From the NCBI RefSeq assembly GCF_001194135.2, contig NC_068986.1:102727777-102761745 (forward strand): DNA of 33,969 nt, in the 5' to 3' direction. The position numbers were made by a program, and so were the translations under genes. Origin of the DNA: Octopus bimaculoides. Its lineage: Eukaryota. The notes beneath the pieces were generated by a model. It saw only the letters and a list, made by a program, of their open reading frames with translations, was not told where the DNA came from and ran no database searches. Shown piece by piece: positions 1 through 11,302 of the stretch (the first letter of the stretch is position 1; every line of letters begins with the position of its first letter).

Positions 1-63
1 TTTGTTGCTTTGTGTGTGTGTGTGTGTGTGTGTGCGTGCGTATGTGTATATGTGTAAGTATGC

Positions 64-117
<54 letters not shown>

Positions 118-413
118 ATGTATGCACAGACACATATTTAGGTTGTCCGAAGTGCAGTAACACCATATGTGTGTGTGTGTGTGTGCGTGTGTGCATGCAT
201 GTATATATGTATATGAACATGTGGTGAGAAATTACCATAAACACAACTAACACACGCAGGTGTAAATAATATGAACTTCTTTTTATCGTAACTACTACAT
301 TTGCTCTGCAAAACCAGGCTCATCATACAATAATGTAACTCCTGCCAAATTTGTTGAATGCCTCTTCCTTTCATTTGTCCATTCACTCATACATCAATAC
401 GTACACACACATG

Positions 414-598
414 CAGTAATGCTTCGCCATATCGCGGTTCACCTATCTATGTTTATCATTTAAGCTTATGTCGATTCGTCGGTGGCTTTGTTTTGCATAT
501 ATAAAATAAATATATACAAATTATAAAAAAAATAAGAAAAAATATACAGTACAGCACTCTTTCTACTTCGCGGGTTTTCACCTATCGCGGCGATTTTT
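414..598. mobile_element. Possible pogo/Tigger-like non-autonomous DNA transposon remnant
   Basis: CAGTAATGCTTCGCCATATCGCGGTTCACCTATC at 414-447 and a related copy CTACTTCGCGGGTTTTCACCTATCGCGG at ~563-590 resemble CAGT-starting pogo-type ends. No matching right TIR was found. Confidence 0.35.
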
Positions 599-894
599 GT
601 ATCGTACTGTATTCTATAAATAAGCAAGCGAATATTTAACGCTTCTTTCGTGTGCCATTTAATATTTGAAACGGCAGTGTTATATTAAACGTGTATTCTT
701 TGTATCCTTAGTCCATCCCTGATCAAACAAACGTCGAATTCCTTTTCAGTCGCCCCAGTTTTGTTGTTTTTGTTCTCTTTTCTTATATTTCTTTAGAAAA
801 AATAGCATTTAAGACAGCGAATTAACGTCAACTATTAATGTCGACTACGTCACTTCTACCTCTCCATCTGTGTATCTGGTTATTTCTCTCTCCT

Positions 895-896
<2 letters not shown>

Positions 897-951
<55 letters not shown>
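897..951. repeat. (TC)n microsatellite
   Basis: Directly visible uninterrupted TC run. Confidence 0.97.
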
Positions 952-955
<4 letters not shown>

Positions 956-2857
956 GCGTTTCCCTTTCTCACTCTGTTGTAATTTTTGTATTTCTACAAG
1001 GATGAGTTAACATAATATAATTATGCTTCGTGCTAAATTTGTTCTATATTTATCATTGATTCTGTTGTTTTGTTAAACATTCAGTATTTCCTATCACCTA
1101 AAAAATATCTCTATATAACTTCCGATGCATTTATCTTGATCATTTTTCTTCTATTGCTAACTTAGTATGTTCATATGTAAATTCCACAACATCTACACAG
1201 TACTTATCTCTCACAAAGTATATCCATTCGTTCATTACAAAAATATTGATTTTAAAGATACAACTGTATCCCTAGAAATGGTTGATAACAAAGTATATCT
1301 TAACATGGGAATATTTGAAAGCTAATGTTGTTTTTAAGGGTCGATGTATGACTACAAGTGGTTAATACTCACAGATTTCTCAGGGTTGAATGTCGACGGA
1401 TATCAGCTGAACATTGTAAGACTTTTAGCTTCGCGTTGAAATATTTAGCTTTTATTCTTCATAGAGGAGTAATTTATCAGATTAAGCCCAAGGAAAGCTT
1501 TTTGTTTTTCATTTAAGTATACTCTATCATTTCCTGTCTCAGTTGAACAAATAAGTAATGATAATAAATATATATACTTATCTATTATTTAGAGAATATG
1601 TTCTTTTCTGAAAGGAAGAAATATACATCTACTAGAATCAATGCCTAGTTGGAAATATAAATGTGAGCTCTGAAGTAATAACAAGTTTTGTTCTCAAATA
1701 ACTGATTGGTAATGAAAAATAAATTAATTTTCATTATTCAAATACATAATCCATTCGTCGTTTTACTGGAAATGAATTTATACAAATAACAGCCGTGGAT
1801 TGTTCTTCTAGCGAATCCATTGACGTGAGAGAAAGAAAACAACGAAATTACTCGTACACAATTTAAGACACTCGGTAATAATTTTTAAAATGTTGATTAC
1901 AATACTTAATTAATATCAACTCTACAACGAACCAATGACATTTCAGAGCCAGCTAATTAACTGATCGAGGAATGGAAAATAAATTACAAGAAGAATAACG
2001 CATAGCAAATATCACTGGCTTTTCTTGTTATTTGTTTAGCTTTTTCCTCTAAAAACACAAGAGATTTGCTAAACCAATAACGGAATATACGATTCTATGC
2101 TTTGGCAAATAAAAAAATAGTATTCCCTAGCATTTTACATTTTTAAATATCCTTTTAGCTAATACTACCGTCTAATTCACCATATGACGTGCTTTGAATA
2201 ATTAGTTATACTCTAAAATATTTGGAAGTCGAATAACGGGGGAAAACAACCAATTTTAATTACCAGTATTAGCCGTTGAATAAATCATGAATCTGCAAGG
2301 TTGAAAATTAAAATAGAAATATACACAGAAGAATATCTCGGATGGAAATGTGGTTGAGTTGGGAATTAAAAACAAAATTTTATAGTGCAATGAAGTTCAT
2401 TGTGTATAATTTCCATGATTAGGAGATTAGTGATGGAATAAAATTATGAGTGTAAAAATAACTGCATGGTTACGTTTTAATGGTTAATACAATGTTTGAT
2501 TGTCATTTGTTTATAGAAAAAATTGTGTGGAACTACGTCGGATGAGTATGCCACTTCTTCGCATTTATTCGTGACACGATGTACAAAGATGCATCAGTAA
2601 ACCAAGGACTAAATTTATTTTCATGAATTCATTACCAGCCTCTGAGACGAAGATTTCATTCCAGGTTCCAACCAACTACGAAATAAAATACGAAATATTT
2701 AAAACGTATTGATAATAGCAAGCCACATGTCCACAGGCGTATATGCACGTATACAGTATTAACCATAAATGCTTGCATGAATGCATGTACGGTATTGTTT
2801 CTTTCTTTATGGATGCATTGTCCTCGGTGCTTATATAAACGAATTAAGAAAGAAATT

Positions 2858-3053
2858 AATTTTGATTTCAAATGTTGGCACAAGGCTAAATATTTCGGGG
2901 GAGTGGGTAATCCGATTACATAAACCCGCAGTGTTGACCTACTACTGATTTCATCGACCCTGAAATTATGAAAAGTAAAACCGAGTTGGCGGAAATTCAA
3001 CTCAGAGAGTAATGGAGGACGAAATACCGCTCACCACTTTGGCCAGTTCGCCC
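2858..3053 (-). mobile_element. tRNA-derived SINE, family A (diverged copy)
   Basis: The reverse complement aligns by eye to the copies at 3513 and 14981 (GGCGAACTGGCC head, GAGTTGAATTTCCGCC B-box region, GGGTCGATGAAATCAGTAG core, GCCTTGTGCCAACATTTGAAATC tail). Confidence 0.75.
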
Positions 3054-3075
3054 TTTTATATTGCAAATAACAATT

Positions 3076-3478
3076 CTTTTACTCGTTTACGTGTTGCAGT
3101 TATTTGACTGCGGCCATGCTGGAGCACCGCATTTAGTCGAAGAAATCGACCCAAGGACTTATTCTTTGTAAGCCTAGTTTACAATTTTATCGGTCTCTTT
3201 TACCGAACCGCTAAGTTACGGAGACGTAAACACACCAGCTTCGATTGTCAAGCGATGTTGGGGGACAAACATGCACACACAAACATATACACATACACAC
3301 ATACATATATATATTTATACATATATACGACGAGCTTCCTTCAGTTTCCGTCTACCAAATCTACTTAAAAGGCTTTTGTCGGCCCGAGTAGAAGACACTC
3401 GCCCAAGTTGCCACGCAGTGGGACTGAACCCGGAACCATGTGACTGGTAAGCAAACTATTTACCACACAGCCATTCCT
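3076..3478 (-). mobile_element. tRNA-derived SINE, family B, near full length with internal (TA/TG) microsatellite
   Basis: Minus-strand head TGGCTGTGTGG (A-box-like) and GGGTTCAGTCCC (B-box-like), then CTTGGGCGAGTGTCTTCTAC. The body recurs at 11185-11302, 16971-17018 and 33563-33790. Confidence 0.85.
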
Positions 3479-3512
3479 CAAACCTTGAAATCAACACTTG
3501 TAAGGTCTGTAA

Positions 3513-3730
3513 GGCGGCGAGCAGATAGAATCGTTAGCTCACCGGAGAAAATGCTTATTGGTATTTCTTCCGTCTTTAGGTTCTGAGTTCAAATTTTGCC
3601 GAGGTTGATTTTGCCATTTCTTCTTTCCGGATTGAAAAAATAAAATACATGCTGAGCACTCGTGTCAGCGTAATCGACTTATCTTCCTGGCAGAAAATGC
3701 TGGTCTTGTGCCAAAATTGAGAATCAATAT
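3513..3730 (+). mobile_element. tRNA-derived SINE, family A
   Basis: GGCGGCGAGCAGATAGAATCGTTAG head, GAGTTCAAAT B-box and TCTTGTGCCAAAATTGAGAATC tail; homologous to 14981-15195. Confidence 0.8.
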
Positions 3731-5506
3731 TTTGGAACCTCTCTAATGATTGTTTTATTTAAGTGCCTCACAAAAATATATTACGTTCAGAACGATAGGT
3801 CTATTGTTATCTGGGTCAAGATAGATAATAAACCATCAGATTTATAATGTGGATTCCAGTCATGAGTATAACCTACGAGTACAACCTATGAGTATAACTA
3901 GTCAGGTTTTTAATGAGCTCTGACGAAACAACTACTACAGCCAACATTGCCTTTTATCGAGTCAACTTTATACAATACTACAGTCGGAGTTTTAGATTTT
4001 TATTTCTATAAATCTTTGCCATTTACATATATAAGAAATCAATATTTAAATACTTACTCATTACTTATTTATCCAGAGAACTATATTTCATGGAACCTAC
4101 TACAAACTAATCCCTACGCACCATTTGTGTGTGTGTGTGTGTGTGAGAGTGCGTATACGTGTGTGTGCGTGTGTATGTATGTATATATATATATATATAT
4201 ATATATNNNNNNNNNNNNNNNNNNNNNNNNNNNNNNNNNNNNNNNNNNNNNNNNNNNNNNNNNNNNNNNNNNNNNNNTATATGTGTGTGTGTGTATGTGT
4301 GTGTGTGTGTGTGTGTATATATAAAACCAAAAATACATATATATGTACTTATATAAGTGCATACACATATTCAGAAACAAAAAGAAAAAACAACTAATTA
4401 ATCTTGTATTTATCCACAATATTTATTTTTGTCTGCGGAAGTCCAGTTTAATGTATTAAGAACATTGATTTTTTTTTTCTCTCTCAATAATTCCTAGCAG
4501 AATATAAACATTCTTCCTGGTTTGTTTCGCAAAAGAAAGAAAAGAAATATATCAAAATATTTCTATTGTAGTACGTACCATGGCAATATAATTCAAGCAT
4601 ATTTTTGTTTCAGTCATGGCTACAAATAATTTTCACGATGCTTCAATACATGTACTCATGCGCACAAAAAACACTCGCCAATGAAAAGCAAAGCAAAATA
4701 AAAATATATATAAATAGTAAAACCTTGGAATGTGACCTCGTGCTCCCGTATTGTGATATATGTATGCAAGCATATATGTATTTATGTTGGCATGTCTTTA
4801 CACGAATATATCTATGTGTACGCATGTACATGTATATATATATATATACATATATCTATATATATATATATATATACAGTTGGAGAAGCAACTCAATGCT
4901 AATCCTTCTATATTTATGATGATAAATGGTTTTACCGATAAAGGTTTTTTCATACTGAACTACTTGGCAAAATTGTTAATTATTAATTCTATTATTAATT
5001 GACGATTCCCTGCCCTTATTCTTGTATATTTTATATTCTTATATATATATATATATACACTATATGCACGTATAAACATATATAGATATACCAATGTAAA
5101 TCTTGCGTGGCCACCCAGAACTATGAATGCCAGTCTTTACCTTTTTTATGCATCTCGACTCTTTGACACCTAAATATATTTATGTATATACATTTAAATA
5201 TGTATATGCTTATATATATNNNNNNNNNNNNNNNNNNNNNNNNNNNNNNNNNNNNNNNNNNNNNNNNNNNNNNNNNNNNNNNNNNNNNNNNNNNNNNNNN
5301 NNNNNNNNNNNNNNNNNNNNNNNNNNNNNNNNNNNNNNNNNNNNNNNNNNNNNNNNNNNNNNNNNNNNNNNNNNNNNNNNNNNNNNNNNNNNNNNNNNNN
5401 NNNNNNNNNNNNNNNNNNNNNNNNNNNNNNNNNNNNNNNNNNNNNNNNNNNNNNNNNNNTATATATATATATATGTATGTATATCTATCTATCTACATAT
5501 ATATAT

Positions 5507-5860
5507 GAGCGATATGTAATAATATACATATGGAAAATACTGGAAGGACTTCAGCTCTTCAATGCCCTGCCAAAACATTTGAGAGACATGCAAGACATGG
5601 ATGCGGAGGTCTTCAAGACAAAACTTGACGCTTTCCTCTCCACGATACCAGACGAACCAATGGCTCGTAATGAGACGCAGTTTAGGGCAGCTGTGTCAAA
5701 TTCTCTTATACACCAGATGTGCCATCAAAACTCTTGATTGGACCATGTCAGGTGGGGCAGAAGAGCCATGCAAGGAACGTGAAAATCACGGTGGTGCACC
5801 AGCATGACCGCAGCCACTTGGCTGAAACACATAAATAAATAATAAAAGAAATAAATAAAT
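5507..5860 (+). mobile_element. 5'-truncated CR1-like (CR1/L2 group) LINE 3' end with (TAAA)n tail
   Basis: Translates as ERYVIIYIWKILEG-LQLFNALPKHLRDM...FKTKLDAFLSTIPDEP...AVSNSLIHQ*, the typical post-RT C-terminus of CR1-group LINEs. The 3' UTR has a CAGCC-ACTT-GGCTG hairpin just before the ATAAATAAAT tail. Confidence 0.8.
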
Positions 5861-8080
5861 ATGTATATACATATACATATACATATGTGTACTTGTATAC
5901 GTATATATTTATATGTGTATATAAGCGTATTTGTGTATGTATGGAGTGAAAGGTAATGCATCTACATGTGTGTGCTTTTATGCCAGCATCCTACCACTGA
6001 AGTGTCATTTCTTCTCATCTTTATTGTTAGTCTTAAGTAATACGTTTAGTTTATAACCCAATTATTTCCCCCTAGAAACAATAATCTCTATAAATCAATC
6101 ATGTGTTTATGATTTAAAATATCTATGGCATGGAAACAAATAGTGATGATGAATAGGTACATAGTAAACCACTTTCTGATCTGCACTTTTAAAATATATT
6201 CTAGATGCTGTGAAGAATTCGAGAATTTACGGTGAATTGTTATACATATGTATATATGAATAATAATAATAGATGGAGCAAAACGCATATCAACAAAAGT
6301 TCCTTTAATTCCTACATATGTTCCAAAATATATGTGCACACTACTCCAAAGAAGTAAGAGGTGCTGGAATTGCACATATGTTCCTCGTCAGGGAACGAAC
6401 ATGCAGAAAGAAGACAAATGCGAAATGATAAGTTTACGTATGAGTTATAATATTATATGGCTAAGTAAGTGACCGTTAAACCGAGATAATATATATATAC
6501 ATATATANNNNNNNNNNNNNNNNNNNNNNNNNNNNNNNNNNNNNNNNNNNNNNNNNNNNNNNNNNNNNNNNNNNNNNNNNNNNNNNNNNNNNNNNNNNNN
6601 NNNNNNNNNNNNNNNNNNNNNNNNNNNNNNNNNNNNNNNNNNNNNNNNNNNNNNNNNNNNNNNNNNNNNNNNNNNNNNNNNNNNNNNNNNNNNNNNNNNN
6701 NNNNNNNNNNNNNNNNNNNNNNNNNNNNNNNNNNNNNNNNNNNNNNNNNNNNNNNNNNNNNNNNNNNNNNNNNNNNNTATATGAATGTGGCGAGACCTTT
6801 TGTGTAGCACGCATTACTAAGTTCAGTCAATTAAGCTTATTAAATTTTATAATTGAAAGTGAATGAATTTTGTGTGGGGTAAATGCTCTTTATATTTTAC
6901 TATGTGCCTCCAGCAGATGTCCCTGGCTCTCATCTTCTAAATTTACTTTGTCTGCCTATAACGTACAGATATTATGCAGATGCTTTCCGGATGGATTCCG
7001 TTGATTTCCGTGTTCCCTGTGTCTTTGCTTGATATTGCTGTGTAGACAACAGTAACTGGTTTTGATATACTACATCATATACTTCTTCACATTCATATAA
7101 TATATCATGACATGAAGAGCAATGTTTTGTAAATCGCTGTGGTTGTAACATTTTCTTCTCTGTACAACATTTTAGCAAAGATATACTGGGTTTGATTCTT
7201 AGGAAACCTTTATTTTGTAACTGCAAACCTATTGTAACTAAACTGAAGATATATATTTGAAAATTGAAAATACAGGGTAATGGGTAATATTTTTATATAC
7301 GTAACTTCTAACAGATAGTTGATGTGCTTTGTTGCGTTTCTACATATGTCTCCATTTCATATATAAATAAATAGCAACAATTAAAAATCAAGCGCATAAA
7401 AGTAATCATTACCTTCTGATATTTACTTAAATTCACAATGAGTACTAAATATATCATGAGCTCCCTAATAACTGGGATGCAATAATACACAGCTAACTAC
7501 ACATTTCATATGCTAGACTGCATTCTGAACTGTAATTTTTATATATACAAATTAGACAATTACAGAACTCCAAATTTGATCAATAAAAATATTCATGACA
7601 TCTTTCCATCGCAGATACTCTACAATCATTCAACAGAGCTCCATCTATCCCAGAAAACAAATAAAGCGACGATGAACTCAAAAGCACCAAAGTTCGATGA
7701 AGGCTAAAGAAACCGAAACCTTTGTCAGCACTCTTTTAAATAATAGTAAATATATATTCTACAAGTTCTTTGAGTAATCCTTCAGGTTTATATCATAACA
7801 CAACATAAGACACACACACATACAAATACACACATTCACACTCATACTCACTTACACATACATACCGGATATACATATGGAATTCTGTTATTGCATGCAG
7901 AATTTATATAAAAAACCTATGAAGCAAAATGATGAAATAAAGAGATTTTAATCACAAATCAAAACAATTGTTTCTCCGCAAATGGCAGCAGCTGTTACTT
8001 ACTGAGTTTTATATATCATACTACTACATAGAATATTGTATAAGTAATTATACAAATACATGCACACGCAGGCACGCGCG

Positions 8081-8117
<37 letters not shown>

Positions 8118-8127
8118 NNNNNNNNNN

Positions 8128-8160
<33 letters not shown>

Positions 8161-8285
8161 GTATATTAGAAAGTTTGGAGGTGATATACAGGAATTATAT
8201 ATTAGAAAAATAGTAAAGTACTCAGAGATCTGGATGGTTGTACATTTAGAGATCTTTATTAATACGTCACAAGTGTTATAAACAT

Positions 8286-8318
8286 TAGCGCTTACACCTA
8301 TTCTTGTAGATTCTTCAG
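8286..8318 (-). ncRNA. Minimal hammerhead-ribozyme-like motif (Penelope-type), one core mismatch
   Basis: Minus strand reads CUGAAGA-AUCUA-caagaa-UAGGU-GUAA-GCGCU-A: CUGANGA core, 5-bp stem II, G12-A13-A14 read as GUA, and self-complementary stem III AGCGCU. Confidence 0.5.
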
Positions 8319-8320
8319 AT

Positions 8321-8353
8321 CTGAAGAACGTACGAGAATAGGTGCAAGCGCTA
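8321..8353 (+). ncRNA. Minimal hammerhead-ribozyme-like motif (Penelope-type), degenerate
   Basis: CUGAAGA-ACGUA-cgagaa-UAGGU-GCAA-GCGCU-A; one stem II mismatch and GCAA instead of GAAA. Confidence 0.42.
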
Positions 8354-9138
8354 ATATTTATAAAACATGTGACATATTAATAAAAATCTGTAAATGTACA
8401 ACCATCCAGATATCTCAGTACCATATTATTTTTTGTAATACATACANNNNNNNNNNTATATATATATATATATATATGACTTAGCAACAGCTGTGTACTG
8501 GTAAGTAATCAAATGAGTGGCTCTGATAGAACTACTGGATCACATTTAGTTTCTCATCGTTTTATGACCAATTGGATCTTAGCATTCTGTCTATATAGCT
8601 TATAGATTATAGAGAGGCTTATAGATTCAAATAGATATGTCATAAAGCTACCAAATAAAGTAATGGCAGTAAAAAATAATATATTAGTTACAAACCGAAT
8701 TGACCAAGATTAGTCAATGGAAATAAAAATCAAAAGTAGAAATATAAATGAAACAGTTTAAATTCTGTAATAACCATGTCTCTTTCTTAAGAAAATTATT
8801 AACCTTCTAATATATAAGGATGAAGACTGGAAGTATTCCTTTTCTGTTTTGTCTGTAAATGTCTTTCTTCAAAGGATTTGTGGTCATTCGATTAGCGCAG
8901 CGGGATACCAACTTGTCTGCTAGTCTACAATAAAATTTAATTTCAACTGGCACGGTGCCCATCGCAGTCGTTTAATCTGTCATTAGAAGATGCCCATCAC
9001 ACAGGAAATAATTTATTCGGCTGCACCCCTTTCATACAAATATCTTCATTTAATTGGTGTATACATAGAACTAATACATATCTAAATATACATACATACA
9101 CACAGAACCACGGTCATCTAAATATGTGCGTGTGCTCA

Positions 9139-9182
<44 letters not shown>

Positions 9183-10179
9183 AATATATGNNNNNNNNNN
9201 ATATATATATATATATATATATATAAACAATATATGAGTATATGCATATATATGTTCATATATGCATATACGTTCATCTACATGTGCATATTGATACATA
9301 ACTGGGTACATGACGTGGCAAAAGAACAAGGACAAAATGGTAAACAAGGTGCAACAAACAAGCAGGCTACATAGAAACATCCCCTTCATCAGCTGTCACC
9401 ATTAAAACTCCGGCGTTTCGAAGAATTAAGGCAGTACGCATCGTTAAAATGGTTCTTCCCACGAACACAAATTAAATTGTTTTCGTGGAGGGTAGTGGCG
9501 GACGGAAAACAAGACAAGAAAACGAAACGGTGAAATAAACAAACAAAATGGCTGTACAGCCAGACGTGAAGTGTGTATGTCTTGAACGCTGTGAAGCACG
9601 TACAGGAGGGCTAAAGAAGCACGTGCGAGCTTGGCGATTCCAAGAACGAAAAGAAATAGCAGCCAGACACACGTGACCAAGGCTGTGTGAAGAGAAAGAG
9701 TAGCAGAGGGAAAAGGAGGGGAGGAAGTAGAATAAAAGTGAGCAACGAGAGGTAGAGAGAGAGAGAGAAATAGTAGTAGTAACGGTGAGAGGNNNNNNNN
9801 NNNNNNNNNNNNNNNNNNNNNNNNNNNNNNNNNNNNNNNNNNNNNNNNNNNNNNNNNNNNNNNNNNNNNNNNNNNNNNNNNNNNNNNNNNNNNNNNNNNN
9901 NNNNNNNNNNNNNNNNNNNNNNNNNNNNNNNNNNNNNNNNNNNNNNNNNNNNNNNNNNNNNNNNNNNNNNNNNNNNNNNNNNNNNNNNNNNNNNNNNNNN
10001 NNNNNNNNNNNNNNNNNNNNNNNNNNNNNNNNNNNNNNNNNNNNNNNNNNNNNNNNNNNNNNNNNNNNNNNNNNNNNNNNNNNNNNNNNNNNNNNNNNNN
10101 NNNNNNNNNNNNNNNNNNNNNNNNNNNNNNNNNNNNNNNNNNNNNNNNNNNNNNNNNNNNNNNNNNNNNNNNNNNNNNN

Positions 10180-10268
10180 AGAAGAAGAAGAAGAAGAAGA
10201 AGAAGAAGAAGAAGAAGAAGAAGAAGAAGAAGAAGAAGAAGAAGAAGAAGAAGAAGAAGAAGAAGAAG
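10180..10268. repeat. (GAA)n microsatellite
   Basis: Directly visible; truncated by the preceding N gap. Confidence 0.97.
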
Positions 10269-10859
10269 AGAAAGAATGTGGGAGTGGTATGATAGTAGTA
10301 GGATGTGAAATGGTCAGGTGCCCTGAAAGTGACTCGTTGTGCATGATAGTAGTGATTGGGACATTTTTTAAATGAATTCTTGAGATATCTCTTTAGAATG
10401 TATCGTTTTTAATAATAAAAAAAACAGATTGCATGCTAGGCATAAGTAATCCCCAGATTTTATCGACATTTTTGAATCAATAAATGATGGATATCAGATT
10501 GAAAGTTATGTACTCTTTCTAACATATCGAATAATTTGGTAAGGAAGAAGAGCTCCAATTTGAGAGGTAACCATATTAAGCGTAATCATGCGTGAGAATA
10601 GAATCAGATATGTTTAGTTCACAATTAGATTCCGAGATTTTGAGTCAATTAGCGTTCATAAATTACTGCCTTGTGCAGAAAGTAGGATTCATGAAAGAAT
10701 AAGCTTCCTGAAGCTGGCCATAAGGAGCAAATTTTAAGGCGTTTTAAAAATATGAACTTTCAGGTTACATGAAGCACGTTACATCTAGTTTGTATAGAAA
10801 TATAGCAATCTATATATCATACTTAATGTGGATAAAACGAAATTATGTTAAAATTAATA

Positions 10860-11103
10860 TAGATAGATAGATGGATAGATAAATAGATAAATAAACAAAT
10901 CGATAGATCGATAGAACGATCAATAGATAAATAGACAGACAGAAAGACTGACAGTCAGGTTGGTACGTGGATAGGTAGGGGTGGAGGTAGGTAGGTAGGT
11001 AGGTAGGTAGGTAGGTAGGCAGGTTGGTGGGTAGGTAGGTAGGTAGGTAGGTAGGTAGGTAGGTAGGTAGGTAGGTAAGGAGGTAGATTAGTAGGTAGGT
11101 AGG

Positions 11104-11140
<37 letters not shown>
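10860..11140. repeat. Compound (AGAT)n/(AGAC)n/(AGGT)n/(AGAT)n tetranucleotide array
   Basis: Directly visible. It explains the PTYL-repeat ORF 10955..11263. Confidence 0.95.
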
Positions 11141-11184
11141 CTGTTCCCACTCTACTGTTTCAATGATTAGACTGCGGGCATAGT

Positions 11185-11302
11185 GTGCACTTTTTTCAGT
11201 TTCCCTCTGACGAATCCACGCACAATTTGCCGAAGGTGACACACCAAGGAGTTGACCCCGCAACTATGTGGTTTGCAAACAAACTTCTTCCCACACAGCC
11301 GC
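11185..11302 (-). mobile_element. Diverged SINE family B head fragment
   Basis: Minus strand GGCTGTGTGGGAAGAAGTTTG...CCACATAGTTGCGGGGTCAACTCC...GGAAACTGAAAAAAG matches the head of 3076-3478. Confidence 0.65.

Larger units (their letters stand above)
8196..8446. repeat. Spacer-less inverted repeat (~125-bp arms) centred on AGATCT (8317-8322)
   Basis: Pairing checked by hand outward from the 8319/8320 centre. Arms are roughly 85% complementary by eye. (TA)n flanks both sides. Confidence 0.92.

Noticed and set aside
1791-2545. Possible micro-exons at ~1791-1825 (VDCSSSESID) and 2517-2545
   Set aside because: Isolated AG/GT pairs of this quality are expected by chance, and no linked, recognisable frame was found.
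3862-3935. 13-bp triple repeat (ATGAGTATAACCT x3) followed by TAATGAG-CTCTGA-CGAAAC, a possible hammerhead
   Set aside because: The repeat is real but trivial. The HHR core has two mismatches, no stem II and no NUH after GAAAC.
6375-6410. Minus-strand CCCTGACGAGGAAC resembling a hammerhead 5' core
   Set aside because: No downstream GAAA or stem III; it only forms a small GTTCC/GGAAC hairpin.
9172-9235. Apparent direct repeat ATAAACAATATATG on both sides of a 10-N gap
   Set aside because: Most likely an unmerged contig overlap (assembly artefact).
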